Assembly (NCBI GenBank): GCA_030390025.1
Contig: CM059434.1
Coordinates: 107,260,001-107,324,000 of the forward strand
Source of the DNA: Squalus acanthias
Taxonomy: Eukaryota
Direction: 5' to 3'
Length of the DNA: 64,000 nucleotides
In this document: positions 1 to 13,510 of the stretch, piece after piece
How positions within the stretch are numbered: position 1 is the stretch's first letter
Layout: each line of letters begins with the position of its first letter
Translations under genes and position numbers: made by a program
Notes under the pieces: model-generated
Told to the model about the DNA's origin: nothing
The model's input: the letters and a program-made list of their open reading frames with translations, nothing else
Database searches by the model: none

Positions 1-190
1 CTTCTCTTATCTACTCTGGTTCCTTTCCCATTACTAGATCCAGCAGTGATTCCTCTCTTGTTGGGTTATTATGTACCGGGTAAGGAAGGAGTCCTGAACA
101 TACTGCAAAAATTCCATTGCCTTTCCCAACCTCCTCTTGCCAGTTTATTTGGGGGTAGTTGAAATCTCCCATGATTATTATTCAATTTTT
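1..190 (-). mobile_element. CR1-type LINE fragment (APE endonuclease region)
   Basis: The minus strand around 150-185 reads IIMGDFNYP, the GDFN motif of LINE APE endonucleases. Confidence 0.6.
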
Positions 191-244
191 TTAACTCTGT
201 CGGTGAATGTGATTAGGAACTATTTGCTTGTTTGGTGGGTAAAA

Positions 245-310
245 GCCAACATGGACTGGTTGGGCCGAATGGCCTGTTTTCATGTTGTAGCTTCTATGTA
301 GTTCTATGTA
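245..310 (+). mobile_element. CR1/HE1-type 3' tail fragment
   Basis: TGGGCCGAATGGCCTG followed by (TTCTATGTA)2 resembles the 3' ends of the other CR1 copies in the window. Confidence 0.55.
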
Positions 311-1557
311 ATTTACAAGCACTGTAGAATCACATTTTCTTTGTGCTAAGACCACAGTATTGACCAGGGTTTTACGATCACTGTGCGGAGGAGATGGAAC
401 AATGATCTTAATGAGTGGTACTGACCTTCAGCTTTTTTACTTCTATTAAACAGTGTGATGTGGTAAAGGATGGTAGGATGGCACAGCATAATCGAGCTCC
501 AACGTTGGGGTTTGTGCCCACGATCACCTCTAGGTTGAGTTCCTAATCTTAGCTGTGCTTCCTGGGGAGGTGTTGGGCAGAGATACTTCCTCATCGTGAG
601 AGTGGGGAAATTATAAACTGGAATTACAACAAGTCATGTACTTCCCTGCAGCTGATTTCAGAGCAGCAGTGGCAGAGGCCAAGCAGAAGATTAACTGCCC
701 AATCCCCGTTGGTGATACCTGGCACAGGTACACCCGAGAAAAAGGAAGGAGAGGAAACATCTTAAAAAAGAAGTTGCATTCTCAAAACACACACATACAC
801 AAAGAAAGAAAGAAATGGCATGTACTGATTGAAGTAGTTAACAATATCTCGTGTGGCGTCCATTGTCCATTTGATTAAAACTATCTACGTACCAGGAAGT
901 ACAGCTCACATTTGATATTTATGTTGCTTTTTTGAATTTTCTTTCCCCTGTCCTGACTCATGGTGATATATGATGTATTGACATCAGAGTTCTCCAGCAT
1001 CTCACGCAAGTGAGCATTCTTCATGTAGGAGCCTGGACAGTAAGTGCTTGCAGCCTATTCGATCGTGGCAGGCATCACAGGCAAACTCGATCATTGTCCC
1101 ACCTGCATTTCCCAGCAGGGATTACTGCATAGCCCAGCGTTGATTTTGTCACTCCGGCTGTCCTTGAAGGAATTTTGTTTAAATTAATTGTCGCGCCACA
1201 TAGTATGGTGTGACAGTCCTAATTCTTCGGCTCCCGTATTAATATTCATGAAGTGCAGACTAGTTGGAACAGATTTACCCTTCATCAGTGTAATTCAATG
1301 AACACAATGGAAATGAAAGGGATGTGATACAGTCCATGATACTTTATAGTGCTTGAATACTTGAATGATGTATGTCTTCTTCCAGATGAGCAGCAATCTT
1401 TGGAATTTGAGTTGTTTTGTTCACTTGTGCCTGATTAATGTTTTAATTGAATTATTTCTATAAATATTCTAACCTGTTGCTGTTTCTATGTGCATCTGTG
1501 TGTGTGTCTTGTATTCCTGTCTGTCTATATGTGCCTGTCACTTTACCGTTACAATAG

Positions 1558-1626
1558 GAACTCGGTCTTGTTATCACAGGAACACTGCCAGTCTTCAACC
1601 TGACTAAAGATGCTAGTGGAAACCAG
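1558..1626 (+). CDS. CACNA2D1: alpha2delta subunit exon (human CACNA2D1 exon 16 equivalent)
   Basis: ag|GAA...CAG|gtatgt, 69 nt, encoding ELGLVITGTLPVFNLTKDASGNQ; matches alpha2delta-1 ELGLVITGTLPVFNIT. Confidence 0.93.
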
Positions 1627-2926
1627 GTATGTTGTCTAGCAGGAGAGTTTAGTACAGGCTGTCATTATTCTATATACAGATATTGTACTTACTGTGTATG
1701 AAATTTCAATTGAGTCTCCTTCTAAAATACTTGTAGGAACGACATCATATCAAAGCTATAGTACTCTGCTGCAAATAATATTTAGCACTGCACTGAGATA
1801 GCAATTCTATGAAAAATAAATAGGAATTCTCACAAACATTCAGAGCAGATTTCTTCTGTTTGCTATTTGTAGCAAAAATCTTAAACATGTGTGTTGATCA
1901 GTACTTCTTGAGGGACCAGCTTGGAGCCAATGCAGAGTCTTAATATTACAGATTTTATTATGGGAAATGATACTCACAGACAACACGCACGCTAATGCAA
2001 GGGCTGCGGGAGACGTCGCGTTACAGATGCTGAGTTCGGTCGCAGGGTGATTTGCCCTCTGGGTCTTTCTTAACTTCCTTACAATGGTCTCACTTTTTAC
2101 CCTCAGCTAAAAAGCCATCACATCATACCTATGACCTTCAGAGACAAAATGTCATGTCCGTGCTGTTCCCTTTGTAAGGGGACTCTTTATAAATATTTTT
2201 TTTTCAATTCGCATCCTCCTCATGTTACATCATGACTTGACTGAGAGTCAGGACACAGGAATGTTGTCCTTCTAAACTCCACACCCCAGCCCTCCCGCCT
2301 TCCCCGCAGCCCCACTCCCTGGCATTGATGGAGTATCCGTGTACTGGCAGAGTATGCGGCCATTCCAGTTGACTCCTAATGGAGTAACAGTGAGACGCTA
2401 CCAGAATGGCTCCAGATTTTCAGGGCTCATGTCTCCAATCTCTGCGGTATTTAATCGAGGTGGGGGCACTTAACTCTTGGAGCAATTATAATGCCGTGCA
2501 TCATCCAGATGCACATCTAGGTCCCTGGGCCACCAATAAGATAATTGGTTCAACCAATGTTTATACATCGGTGCTCTGATTGGCTGAAAAACTGGCTTAT
2601 GAAGTTGTTTCATCAGCTAATTGATGGTGGAAGTTGGGAGGCAGGGGAAAAAAAAAACAGGCCATGGAAGAGCTATAAGTGAGATATTTAAGTAAAGAGA
2701 GCTTGGAAAAAGTTAGAGTAGGTTATATTAATTAGAAATTGAGCAAAAATAATGCTAACATAAAAATAGAATGGAAAGAGAATGGGGAAGTAGAATGCAG
2801 AGAGTAACAACAACTTGCATTTATATAGCGCCTTTAACGTGGTAAAATGTCCCAAGGCACTTCAATAGGACAAGAAAAATTGAAGTATAAAATGTTTTAT
2901 TTTTATTTTGGTTTTTATGGGATAAT

Positions 2927-3688
2927 GGGCCAGAAATTCGGCTATCCGGCTTCCTGTGGGTGCAAGCATCGCGCGCGTACTTGCCTACCGCGCCTGCTGT
3001 TGTGCTTTGGGCCCATGAGGACTTCGGCTCCTGGGCCTCCTCCAGCTGCCGGTGTGCAGTGCTTGCGTATCCCAGGGGCGCAGTTAGTTCGAAGCGTCCC
3101 CTGGGATCACGTGGGCCATGGAGAGCCAATCCTAGCAGTGCATTTTCATTCATAGATTTGACAGGAAGACCTGTCAAATCTATGAATAGAGATCGGCCCC
3201 AAAACCACACTTAAACTTCAAATACATTTTTTAAAAAACATCACATTTTTAAAATAACTATAAGTTACATAAATTAACTACTTCAAACAAAAATTTAAAT
3301 TTTTACAAAATTAATTAAACTTTTTAACAGTGCTAAAAATAAACTTACCTTTAAAGTATCTAAAAAAAGATAAACCTGTTGAAAAAATGTTTAAATTGTA
3401 ATTAATTAACCACTTACCTTGTTAAAAACAGGCCTTGCGCCTCCTTTTTAAAAGTGCAGCTTCTCCATACTTACCCTCCCGGAGAAACCTGAAAAAAAAA
3501 ACCGAAGTTCGCTGCGTGCGCGCTGCCTCTCCCGCGCATGCGTTCGACTTCTGAACCCCTTCCTTCAGGGGAACGGAAGTTCCGGTTTCCCGCGCATGCG
3601 CAGTGCATGCAGGAAACCGGCACTTCAGGTGGCCTTACGGGTGAGTACACAGCGCGTACTCACCCGACAAGAGCCGAATTTCTGGCCC
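2927..3688. mobile_element. Non-autonomous TIR DNA transposon (PIF/Harbinger-like MITE), 762 bp
   Basis: Perfect 17-bp TIR GGGCCAGAAATTCGGCT / AGCCGAATTTCTGGCCC, AAT on both flanks, GC-rich arms and an AT-rich centre. Confidence 0.85.
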
Positions 3689-3962
3689 AATATGACAGTA
3701 ATAAAGCTCCTCCTGATATCAGCATAACAGTGCGGCACCAGAAAGGTTTTAATAAAAGTCAGTCTACAATTCCCAGCACCTACCACACTCTACTGGGTTA
3801 ACCTGGTGAAAAAGCACTGCCCGGCTCCACCTCACTCAGTACAAAAGTTGCCCAATAGTTTGATACAAAGATAAGTTTAAGATGGAAAGAAAATATAATG
3901 GGGGAACAAAACGTACATTTTTGAAAGATATTGATCATTATTTTGTTTATTTTACTTCTCAG

Positions 3963-4037
3963 AACCAATTGATTCTTGGAGTGATGGGCATTGATGTGTC
4001 TCTTGCGGATGTAAAGAGACTCACACCTCGTTACACT
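3963..4037 (+). CDS. CACNA2D1: alpha2delta exon (exon 17 equivalent)
   Basis: ag|AAC...ACT|gtaagt, 75 nt, encoding [25 protein letters not shown]. Confidence 0.95.
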
Positions 4038-4738
4038 GTAAGTATAGTTCAGAAATCCTATATGCTCATTTATTTTCACTTTGTGTACACCATTCAGCCC
4101 TACTTCTGAATTACAATATGCAGTTTTCCACATGGCATATTGTAGAGTTTTCTCCCTATGTCCATTATCTTGCGCACTCTATCTTGTGTGTGTTATCTGT
4201 ACTCTTCAGCTCTATATACAGGTTAATGTTGTCCAAAGTTTGCAATGTCCAATGGGTTATGTGGTTGATGCTCATGAAGAAAATATCACTGCTTTATCTT
4301 CAATGTTGGTTTACATCATTAAATTGCTTAATTAACAAATGAAATTGGAAGTTAACACAAAAATTAAAGTAGACTTAAGTTGAAAATTATACAAGGCGTT
4401 TAATGGATTTACTGTTGAGATTCAGTGTTGGCTCCCCTCAGACTCTGAATGTGTTCTGATTACTTTGCCTTTAAAATGTAATTGTACATAGTTACAGTTA
4501 TGAAGTGATAGCATAAAGACGATCTAATCTCTAAGGAATGCAGCTGTAACCTTTTGAAAATGTAAAATTGTTCAATGTTTATACATTAGAAAATCATACA
4601 TTAATGTTACCACATTCTTTGAATTAAATGGAGACCATACACATTATATTGAATATTATTGAAGTAATTTAAATGTTTTCTTTTATTTTGGATGTAAACT
4701 ATATTGTTGCATTATTAAAGTCCTTTTTTGTATTATAA

Positions 4739-4882
<144 letters not shown>

Positions 4883-7800
4883 TAAAAAGAGAGTCAGTAA
4901 CTTGTGTTGAAATTATTAAAACTGGGTATCCTAGGAATTGCCAAAATGCAGCATCCCAGTTATTTATTGATTTTATTTCTTCGTCTCCTAGTACAATGAG
5001 GCAATTCACCACTCATCGTTTATAATAAATTAATAATGTAATGGTACTATTGTGTGACTGTGATGGAGATGCTTTGCCTGAGTCATTAAATGCTATTGTT
5101 GTAACACTAGAACTGTCCAAATTACAGTCATCAATTTTAACAGAACCACAAAAACTGAAATCTTTGTTACACTTTATGTAAGTCCGTAACATGGAGATTT
5201 GATTCAGTTTTATACCATGTACTCTTAACTGCACAAAGATTAATGTGAGAATCTGGGTCGCTATAGCGTATTTGGATTTAAATAGCTAGCATTTGGATCA
5301 ATTTTTTGAACATGTGTGTAAGTATCTGTTGGTAGGCTGGAAGAAAAGAGTGAGCAAATCTGTACATTCACCTTGAATTGGTTTTTTTATAAGTCGAAAC
5401 ATGTTAATACAGCATCTGTAAGATAGCACATTAAACTGGTTTGGTCCTGGGAGAAATTTTGGAAGCATGGGCAATGATGCACTCATGCTCCATTAAGATG
5501 ACTAGTAGAGCGAGCTAAATTAATTATGAATGTAACTGCCTTATGTATATGCAGCCAATATTAATATGGCACTTCTGTATTGGATATTTTCCATCCCATT
5601 TGGTAAATTCATGCAATACTTGTCTATAACTGATTCTTTTTTCCAATTAACCTGAACAAAATGGAGTGTTTTGCATATATACTGTAGATATTAAAGTAAA
5701 CCTGTCCTGTGTACAATGCTGTATAATAGCAATGTGAATACTGTAAACGATGTATGCAAAATATAGCGGTGTGTGGAAGTTAAGTCAGTTCTGTAGGTTT
5801 CAATTTGGTGTAAATTCACAATAATGAGAGCAAAGGTTATAGCCCTTTTTAAAAAAAACTTTACAAATTAACCTGTATTGGGCAGCGATGAACATCGGTA
5901 AGCCATTGTTTTCTTTCTCTGTTTGAGTCTAACTGCAAAGCGTCCGGAAAATTGAGTTCAAACTTGACGGAAGTGGCATCACATGCCGAAATTTTAACCA
6001 AGCCAGTTTGCACACCTTTAATAAAATCCCCAACAGGAATGCTGATGAGTTTCGACAGTATTGCCAGTTTGCTTGCGATGCTGCATGGCAGAGAGACTGC
6101 TAAAGGAATTCGCTTCTGGGTCTAAGGTACACGGCAAAGGCAGCTGATGCATCGGCTGTCTTTGATGAACTAGCACACTAACGTTAGTTAGCACTAACAG
6201 AAAATATATACTGACTTCAGAACTTCAATCTTTTTTTTTCGCTAGAAACTGCTTCTTAGACCTAAAATTAACGATAACATATCATACAAGGAGGTGAGCA
6301 TGTGCGAGTGTGTTTAAAATATAGTAGAGCTATTCTTTTTCCTAATTGAGTGGTAGCAGTTAGGGATTGAAATTTGCCAGGCCAGGAGGAGATAATTCAC
6401 GTATCATCACATCAGTAACTAATAAAAAAAAAAATTCCCACTGCTTTGATTGAAATCAGACATTGGTACTTGGGTAATAGGAAAAAGTCGATTCCACTTT
6501 CATTAATGATATGCATACCCATGGACTTGCACCAAGAGTTGGCCCTGTCTCTCAGTTGGTATATATAGCTCTACTGCCATTTTTCTATACAGTGAAAAGA
6601 ACACTATCATTATAGTTACCAACAGTGTATTAGGACCCATCTGTGTCAAGAAAATACATAAGCTTTTTCAAGTTTCAGACACGTTTGCCCCTTCACTCAC
6701 CTCCCCCGCAGAAGGAAGAGTTACTTTTTATCCTACATGGATGTAGGCAAGTACTTACTGATGATATTGCATGCCTCTAGCCATCTTATTCTTCAATTCT
6801 GTCTGTGCCTTTCTGTATATGATTAATAATTGATTTCCAAATTTCGTGCACCATTTGCATCCAGAATGAATCTTCATTAACTGATCTTAATATTTCAAAA
6901 AATACTGTCAAAGTCATTCTTATTTGTCAAAAGCCTGTAAACTTTTTTTTTACTGGCAGTGAGACAGGCATCATGGGTTCTCCCCACAACTGTCAGTGAG
7001 GACATATCTCCTCATGAATACAATCGCCAATTATGATGCATCTTGTCAGGACCACAGTTTAATTGAAGGACTGTTGTGCCCTTGAGCGGCATCCATACAA
7101 AGAAAGAGGCAGCACTGAAAAGTACTAAATATTACATTTCAAACTGGTTTTATTAGGGCCGATTAGCACCTCTTGCATCTAACAATACTTTCCCTAGTAT
7201 TTCACTCTATTGTCCATGTATTTTTGTGATTTATTATTTGGCAGTAGCAATAGGTTAGAACTCATCTCCGAGGCCTGCATTCAAATCCACGCAGGCTGCA
7301 AAGGGTTCTTGCAGAAATGAGATTGAGCCACTGCAAAGCAATTCTACTGGGCTTGAGCATGCAGCGTGACACGACCCATAATTCAACAGGAATTGGGATT
7401 CTCAGCACAGGCAGCAAGAGAGACGGGTGTCTGAGATGGGAAGACCAGTAGAGATGCTATTCTGAGATAGTGGTCAAGGTATATTATTAAGAGTAGAGGG
7501 AGCTTTACTCTGCATCCAGAATTTGCAGCAAATTAAGCAGCATGTAGGAAAACTTTCACAGAGAAGCAAAACTTCAAGTCCACAGTCGCTCTTTACTCAG
7601 AGAGGATTTTTTTTTCTCTCAAAGATATTGCAGCTAAGGTATCATAGATCCCACTGATCTGTTACTGCTACTGCTGAGCGAAGGAGAATAAAAAATATAC
7701 AGCTTAGATTGAAAGAGAGCTAAGAAATTTTAAAAAATTTTAGGATCAGTATTAGTCAAAATGTAAAGAATCACTACCTACAAAGAATTAGAAGAAATTT

Positions 7801-7914
7801 CATAATTAGCAGAAAGATCACATTGTGACGAAACTAAACACTGAGGGAAATGTCAGTGACCAAAAGAAAAGGGATGATTCAAAAAAGGAACCAGAAGAAA
7901 AAAAAGTAAGACAT

Positions 7915-8295
7915 AACAACAACAACTTGTATTTATATAGCGCCTTTAACGTAATAAAACGTCCCAAGCCGCTTCACAGGAGTGTTATAAGACAAAAAAT
8001 TTGACACCGAGCCACATTAGAAGAAATTAGGGTAGGTGACCAAAAGCTTGGTCGAAGAGGTAGGTTTTAAGGAGCATCTTAAAGGAGGAAAGAGAGGTAG
8101 CGAGGCGGAGAGGTTTAGGAAGGGAATTCCAGAGCTGAGGGACTAGGCAGCTGAAGGCACGGCCACCGATGGTTGAGCGATTATAATCAGGGATGCTCAA
8201 GAGGCCAGCAGATATCTCAGGGTGGGGGGTGGGGTTGTGGGCTGAAGGAGATTACAGAGATAGGGGTGAGGCCATGGAGGGATTTGAAAACAAGG
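7915..8295 (-). mobile_element. L2-type LINE 3' end
   Basis: (AAC)n then TTGTATTTATATAGCGCCTTT tail, followed by LINE-like coding remnant; the tail is shared with the DeuSINE copies. A shorter copy is at ~2806-2860. Confidence 0.7.
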
Positions 8296-9125
8296 AGAAA
8301 AGATGAAAGAATAGGATACAAAATAGGAAAGAAATTTTGAGAAAGGCGATTCCATAAAAAAGGCAGGAGGAAAACACACCCCGAATTAGAAAATAAACTG
8401 TGCATGTAATTTTTTTACTTTTAAAAGCTGTCTCATTCTGTGCTGTGTTCCCATATTTTCGGATTCTCCGAATAATGGAATCTTTCACAAAAGGTAACAT
8501 TGATTCAAATTGTTCGTGCTGCCAAAGTGATCTATACTTAACATGGTTGCACCCATTTTATGGGCCTAAAACAAGCGCAGCAATAACCACTTTAGGAGTG
8601 TGGAGGCCTGCGCCCAATGTGCACGAGTGTTCAGGCCACTGCTCAATTGGTTGGGGACTCTTTTTTAGCTGGACTGGTGGCCACCTAAAATGAGCGCAGG
8701 CCTTATTTCAATATTGAAATGAGGCTCCTGTGCTCTTTCCAGACCCGGACTCCTAAATTGATTTGCCCTAGTTGGAGCTTGCTATATGCCAGCCCCCCTT
8801 TGCCCACCCACCCCCCCAACCCCTTCACCCCCTCACCCCACCACCCTCCCTCCCCCCACGCCACGGACTTACATCTGGGCCTCGGTGAAGGATAAAATTG
8901 GTAAGGCCCCAACAGGTGATGGAGGAAGGGAAGGACAAGTCCCCTCTATGCCACCGTGCCCCAGATTCATCACCAAGGGATTAATCTTGGGGAGCCCTAC
9001 CTCAAGATCATTGAACGAATTTTAGCTGTGTGCTGAAGAGAATTCTGTCTCTAAATTCTGAGTTTTATTGACTGCCTGACGAGACAGTCCTCTTTGTGGC
9101 TTTTGCAGCCAACAATAATTTCACC

Positions 9126-9366
9126 GAATACAAAAGCAAAATACTGCGGATGCTGGAAATCTGTAATAAAAACGGAAAATGCTGGAAATACTCAGCAGGT
9201 CAGGCAGCATCTGTGGAGAGAGAGAAACAGAGTTAACGTTTCAGGTCAATGACCTTTTCCAATTCTGACGAAAGGTCATCGGCCTGAAACATTAACTCTG
9301 TTTCTCGCACCACGGATGCTGCCTGACCTGCTGAGTATCTCGAGCATTTTCTGTTTTTATTCTATT
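9126..9366. mobile_element. Palindromic Penelope-like (inverted pseudo-LTR) unit with degenerate hammerhead core
   Basis: ~90-bp inverted arms; CTGACGA-AAGGTCATCGGCCT-GAAAC from 9265; flanking direct repeat AATAATTTCACC at 9114-9125 and 9367-9378. Confidence 0.75.
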
Positions 9367-12300
9367 AATAATTTCACCTGGTTGTCTGGCTTTGTTTTGC
9401 TCACCTCAGCTAGCCGATAAATCTTACATAGTTGCAATTTATAATACTTGTGTGGCCTCTAAAGTGTGGAATTGTTTTTCATCAGTCCACACTTTAGTCA
9501 TCACGGGCCGATCAGTATTGCAGTATTGCATTGGTAACTGTTACCAAAGCAACAGAACCCCTCTCAATCTCAACAAAAATTAAACTGTCAAGGCCACTTC
9601 TACTGCCACATTTATCCCAAACAGTGCCAATTGTAATACAACTCTCTCCTCCAAACCTCCCCTCTCAAGGCTGTTGTAGATTTCTCATACATTTTAATAC
9701 GGCATACAAACTAAAATGTACCAAGCTAAACCCGAGATCGGCTGACGATAACCTTTAATTTTTTGACAAAATGCTTCCGATTTCAGGCTGTGCCTCTTCT
9801 AATCACGTCTGTGGTTTTTTTTGTATCTTCTCACATCCCCGTTTTCACCCTTCTATATCAAGAGCACAAATGAGGTGTTACAGAAGAACTGTCTCAGATG
9901 ACCTTGTAATAAAAACTTTCCACAATCAAAGTTCCTTCAAACAACCACTGCAAAATACATTCCATTGGAACATTATAAATGGAATACACTGTGAGGATCC
10001 ATGATTTATGGTGATTCTATTGATGAGTAAACTGAGCACAGATTACCTTGGCAGTTGCACAAATATATACCGTAGGCCCCCATAACCTTTTCTCTATTTG
10101 TAATCTTTTGACAAGATTCATAATAATTAGTTTGGTTTGTTGTAAATACATTTTTGTATATAAATGCTCGTCATTGTTTTGCAATAAGCCCATTGCTCTT
10201 CCCACTTGTGTAGTCATTAAACAATTTGCACTATGTCAGTGGAGACTAATTAATTATTACATTGTAATTAGATGTTCGTCAAATGTTTAGTAATTAGGAA
10301 ATTGCCAAGTGTTTATTCATGTTCTCTTAAAGTAAAAGAGATTTTTATTTAGCTTTTATTTTTACTATTTAAGTTGAATCTGATTTGTAATGAGTTAATG
10401 AGCAGTTCAATTCGGGTTCAATGAGTACTGCGTTTAGATATATTTAACATTCAATTTGAGCTGTTTCTGTCAGTATAAACAAGACCTGTGGCATCTTGCC
10501 AGGACAGCACATCCTTTGAATATATTTATACTAAATTTTAAAAGTTTGTACAAGCAGCAAATCTCAATCGACTGCACCATGGCAGGATTTAAGACGCAGC
10601 CTCATTGTTGATGACCACAGTTAACAAACACCCCTATTTAAAATTATATTCAACCATTTCAGATAATACAGCCTTCAGACAATCCCAGAAATGCATTTAT
10701 ATGCTATATTCAAATAACTTACATGGCAGTTTTTCAATTTTTAAAGATGTTTGGAAATGTGAAAATGTGCTAATTAGCATTGGCAGTAGATGTTCAGTCA
10801 ACATAAAGACCCAGCAATGCAGATTGAAATACCAGTGACCCCACAGGAACGACAGTGCATCAAGCTGTTCTTAGACCTGCAGATAATAAGTATCAATGTC
10901 TGAGCATGGCAAAATGCTTAATGTACAGACTCATTTGATTAATATGAACAGACTGTTGTTCAAAAAGCCAACAATATCTTCTAAAGAAATGATTTGTTAC
11001 AATTAAGTGCATTTTATAGATGTCTGATTCATAAAATCTACCAAGTTTCATTTTTCCAACAATGCGAAGCTACATTTTCCAGGCAAATTTCAAACCCTAT
11101 TATTAGCTGATCGTTTCTACACTGCCTTCAAGGTGTAGATTCAAGTATATTTTAGGTCTCTAAAGAGTTTATTTACACATTGGTAAATGAATTCTTGGCT
11201 TCGACACCCCACCTCATCAAATTGCATGAAGTGGCGAGAGTACTAACACAGCTCACCCAGGCTCAGGTTCCATTATTTCCAGCATTAAACCAATTACATT
11301 TGATACTGAGGATCAGGCCAAAGGGGGGCAGGCGAGAACATTATATGACTGGAGTAGTGTCACAGCAGAATTTATTTTTTCCTCTCCCCCAACATATTAC
11401 TTTGCCATGCCAACCTTGACAGACAGAATTAGTTTTCCTGATTTTTGTATTTTTAAAAAGTCGTAAGTATTTTATATATATATATTGTGTGTGTATGTGT
11501 ATTTGTGTGTTTATATATGCATTTTACACACAGCTGATTGTTATAAAAGGGCAAATAAAATAGATGGCATTTAATATAGAGCATAACTTTGTTTTAAAAA
11601 GCCAATGCTCAATGTTCGACTAATTGACAACGAGAACAAATTAAAATGTTAATGTGGCGATGCAGATCCTTTTTAGTCATCACATCACTCTGTAGTCAGT
11701 TCCTTGTTTCATCATTTTAGATGTTTCAGTATAAAGATTGATATTGCCATAAAAATAGCACTAACTGCATATCAAATACATAGTACAAATACAGAGCAAA
11801 ACCAATATTTACTAGCCTTTCCCCCATCCAATCCCATTCAGCACCAGTTAGAGTTACTAACTCAGTCAAATAGCATGGTTGCGCAAAAGCTTGTGCTTTG
11901 ACGCTCATATTTGAACTAAAGCTTGGGATGTGATTGCACAAAAAAAAGGTTAGTGCCTGGGTATCTTGCTGAAAGTGTCTGATAAAACAAAAGGTGCACC
12001 TGAACTTGTGATGAGCTGGGGATGAGGATCTGCTTTTCTTTAAAGTTACCTTTTGTAGCCATTGCTTTGCAAAGTTATTGCTACTCATGTTTGAAGAGAA
12101 TATTTGAAGGGAAACTCAAGAAAATGAAGGGGTATGAACTCCTCCTCCTTGCACAGTGCCGAGGAAGTGAAAACATGGTTACTAACAACACTGGGGAAGG
12201 CCTATGGTGCAGATATGGCCTGAAAATAGGTGTATGCTGGCTTGTCAACAATTCAGTTTTAAATCTCTGAATTGTGTTTTTTTACTGTATCTTTTACTCT

Positions 12301-13510
12301 CAATCTAAACCTGAAAGAAGAACTTTCTTCAAACCTATTGAGAATTTAATTCCGAAGTAGTCATATTTCTCTATAGCATTGATGTTCACTGATAGAATTA
12401 GAAAATAGGTATTTTGAAAAACTATTTCCAAGAACGTTATAGATATATAAATAATAAATTCAAGTTTGCGTGTGTGTGTTAATTTATTAAAGATAATGGC
12501 AACTTGAGAATAAGGACAAATGACTAGCGTGGAGATTGCTGCAAAAGGTGGATTATGGTCTAGAACTACAAGCAAACAGTTCAGTTACTCTGAGAATGTT
12601 GATTTCCAGATTTATCCTTTTTTTAGTTCACTTTTCTAACTCGAGCCTGCTAATTGTTATAATGCTGCTGAAACTGTTTTTCATTCTAATTTATTAACAG
12701 TCAACACCTTCCTTCCCCATTTTTAGTTTTGAAAAGATGTAGAATTCACTGCATTGGTGTTAACAGAAGATCCCCTGACTGTTAAATATTCTTACAGCTA
12801 CCACAGGACAGCCACTCCCAGTTAATGTATTGACTAATAGCCTATTGGGATAATCAGCGATTTAATAGGAACCTCCTACATAGACCCTGCATACAAACTG
12901 TCCTCATTCAACAGGGTGGAATCCAATTCATGGGTATATTCATGGAAAGTGTGTTTAAACAATACAGGAAAGGAAGAACGCTTCTTTCTCTCAGTAACGA
13001 TCAAGACCTAAAGCTGATAACCTTGCCAACTGGGATCAAATGCCAGTTAAAATTAACATGGTTAAAATCCATTTGGGCCTTGGATGAGTGCAGCACTTGC
13101 CTCAACGAGGAGGCCCAAGGCCGGCCCGAAATTGGGCCTCAGGCCTCATTTCAATAATTTGGGGGAGTTGTTAGTGCTTGTTGGGCCTCCACAGGCAGCC
13201 CACCTATCGCTAACAATGAATTTCGGGCCGATTGCCTCACTGGTAACGGTCCTCAAGTAAGTGCCAGGCCGGGGGGGCGGGGAATTAGGCAGTAAAACAG
13301 CGGGATAGGGGTTGATTGTGGCCGGCATTGACTATCAAAAGTGCCGTTGAGCTGGGAGGAGCTCCTCCTGGCTCCTCATGATTTAAAAAAATATAATTCA
13401 TTTACTTAACTTTTTAGTGTTGCCTGGAAAACATTAGGTCCCTCATTAGCATATGCTGGAGGCCTAAAGCCTGTTTTAGGTAGTTGCCCACGGCACCTGA
13501 AAAATGGCCC

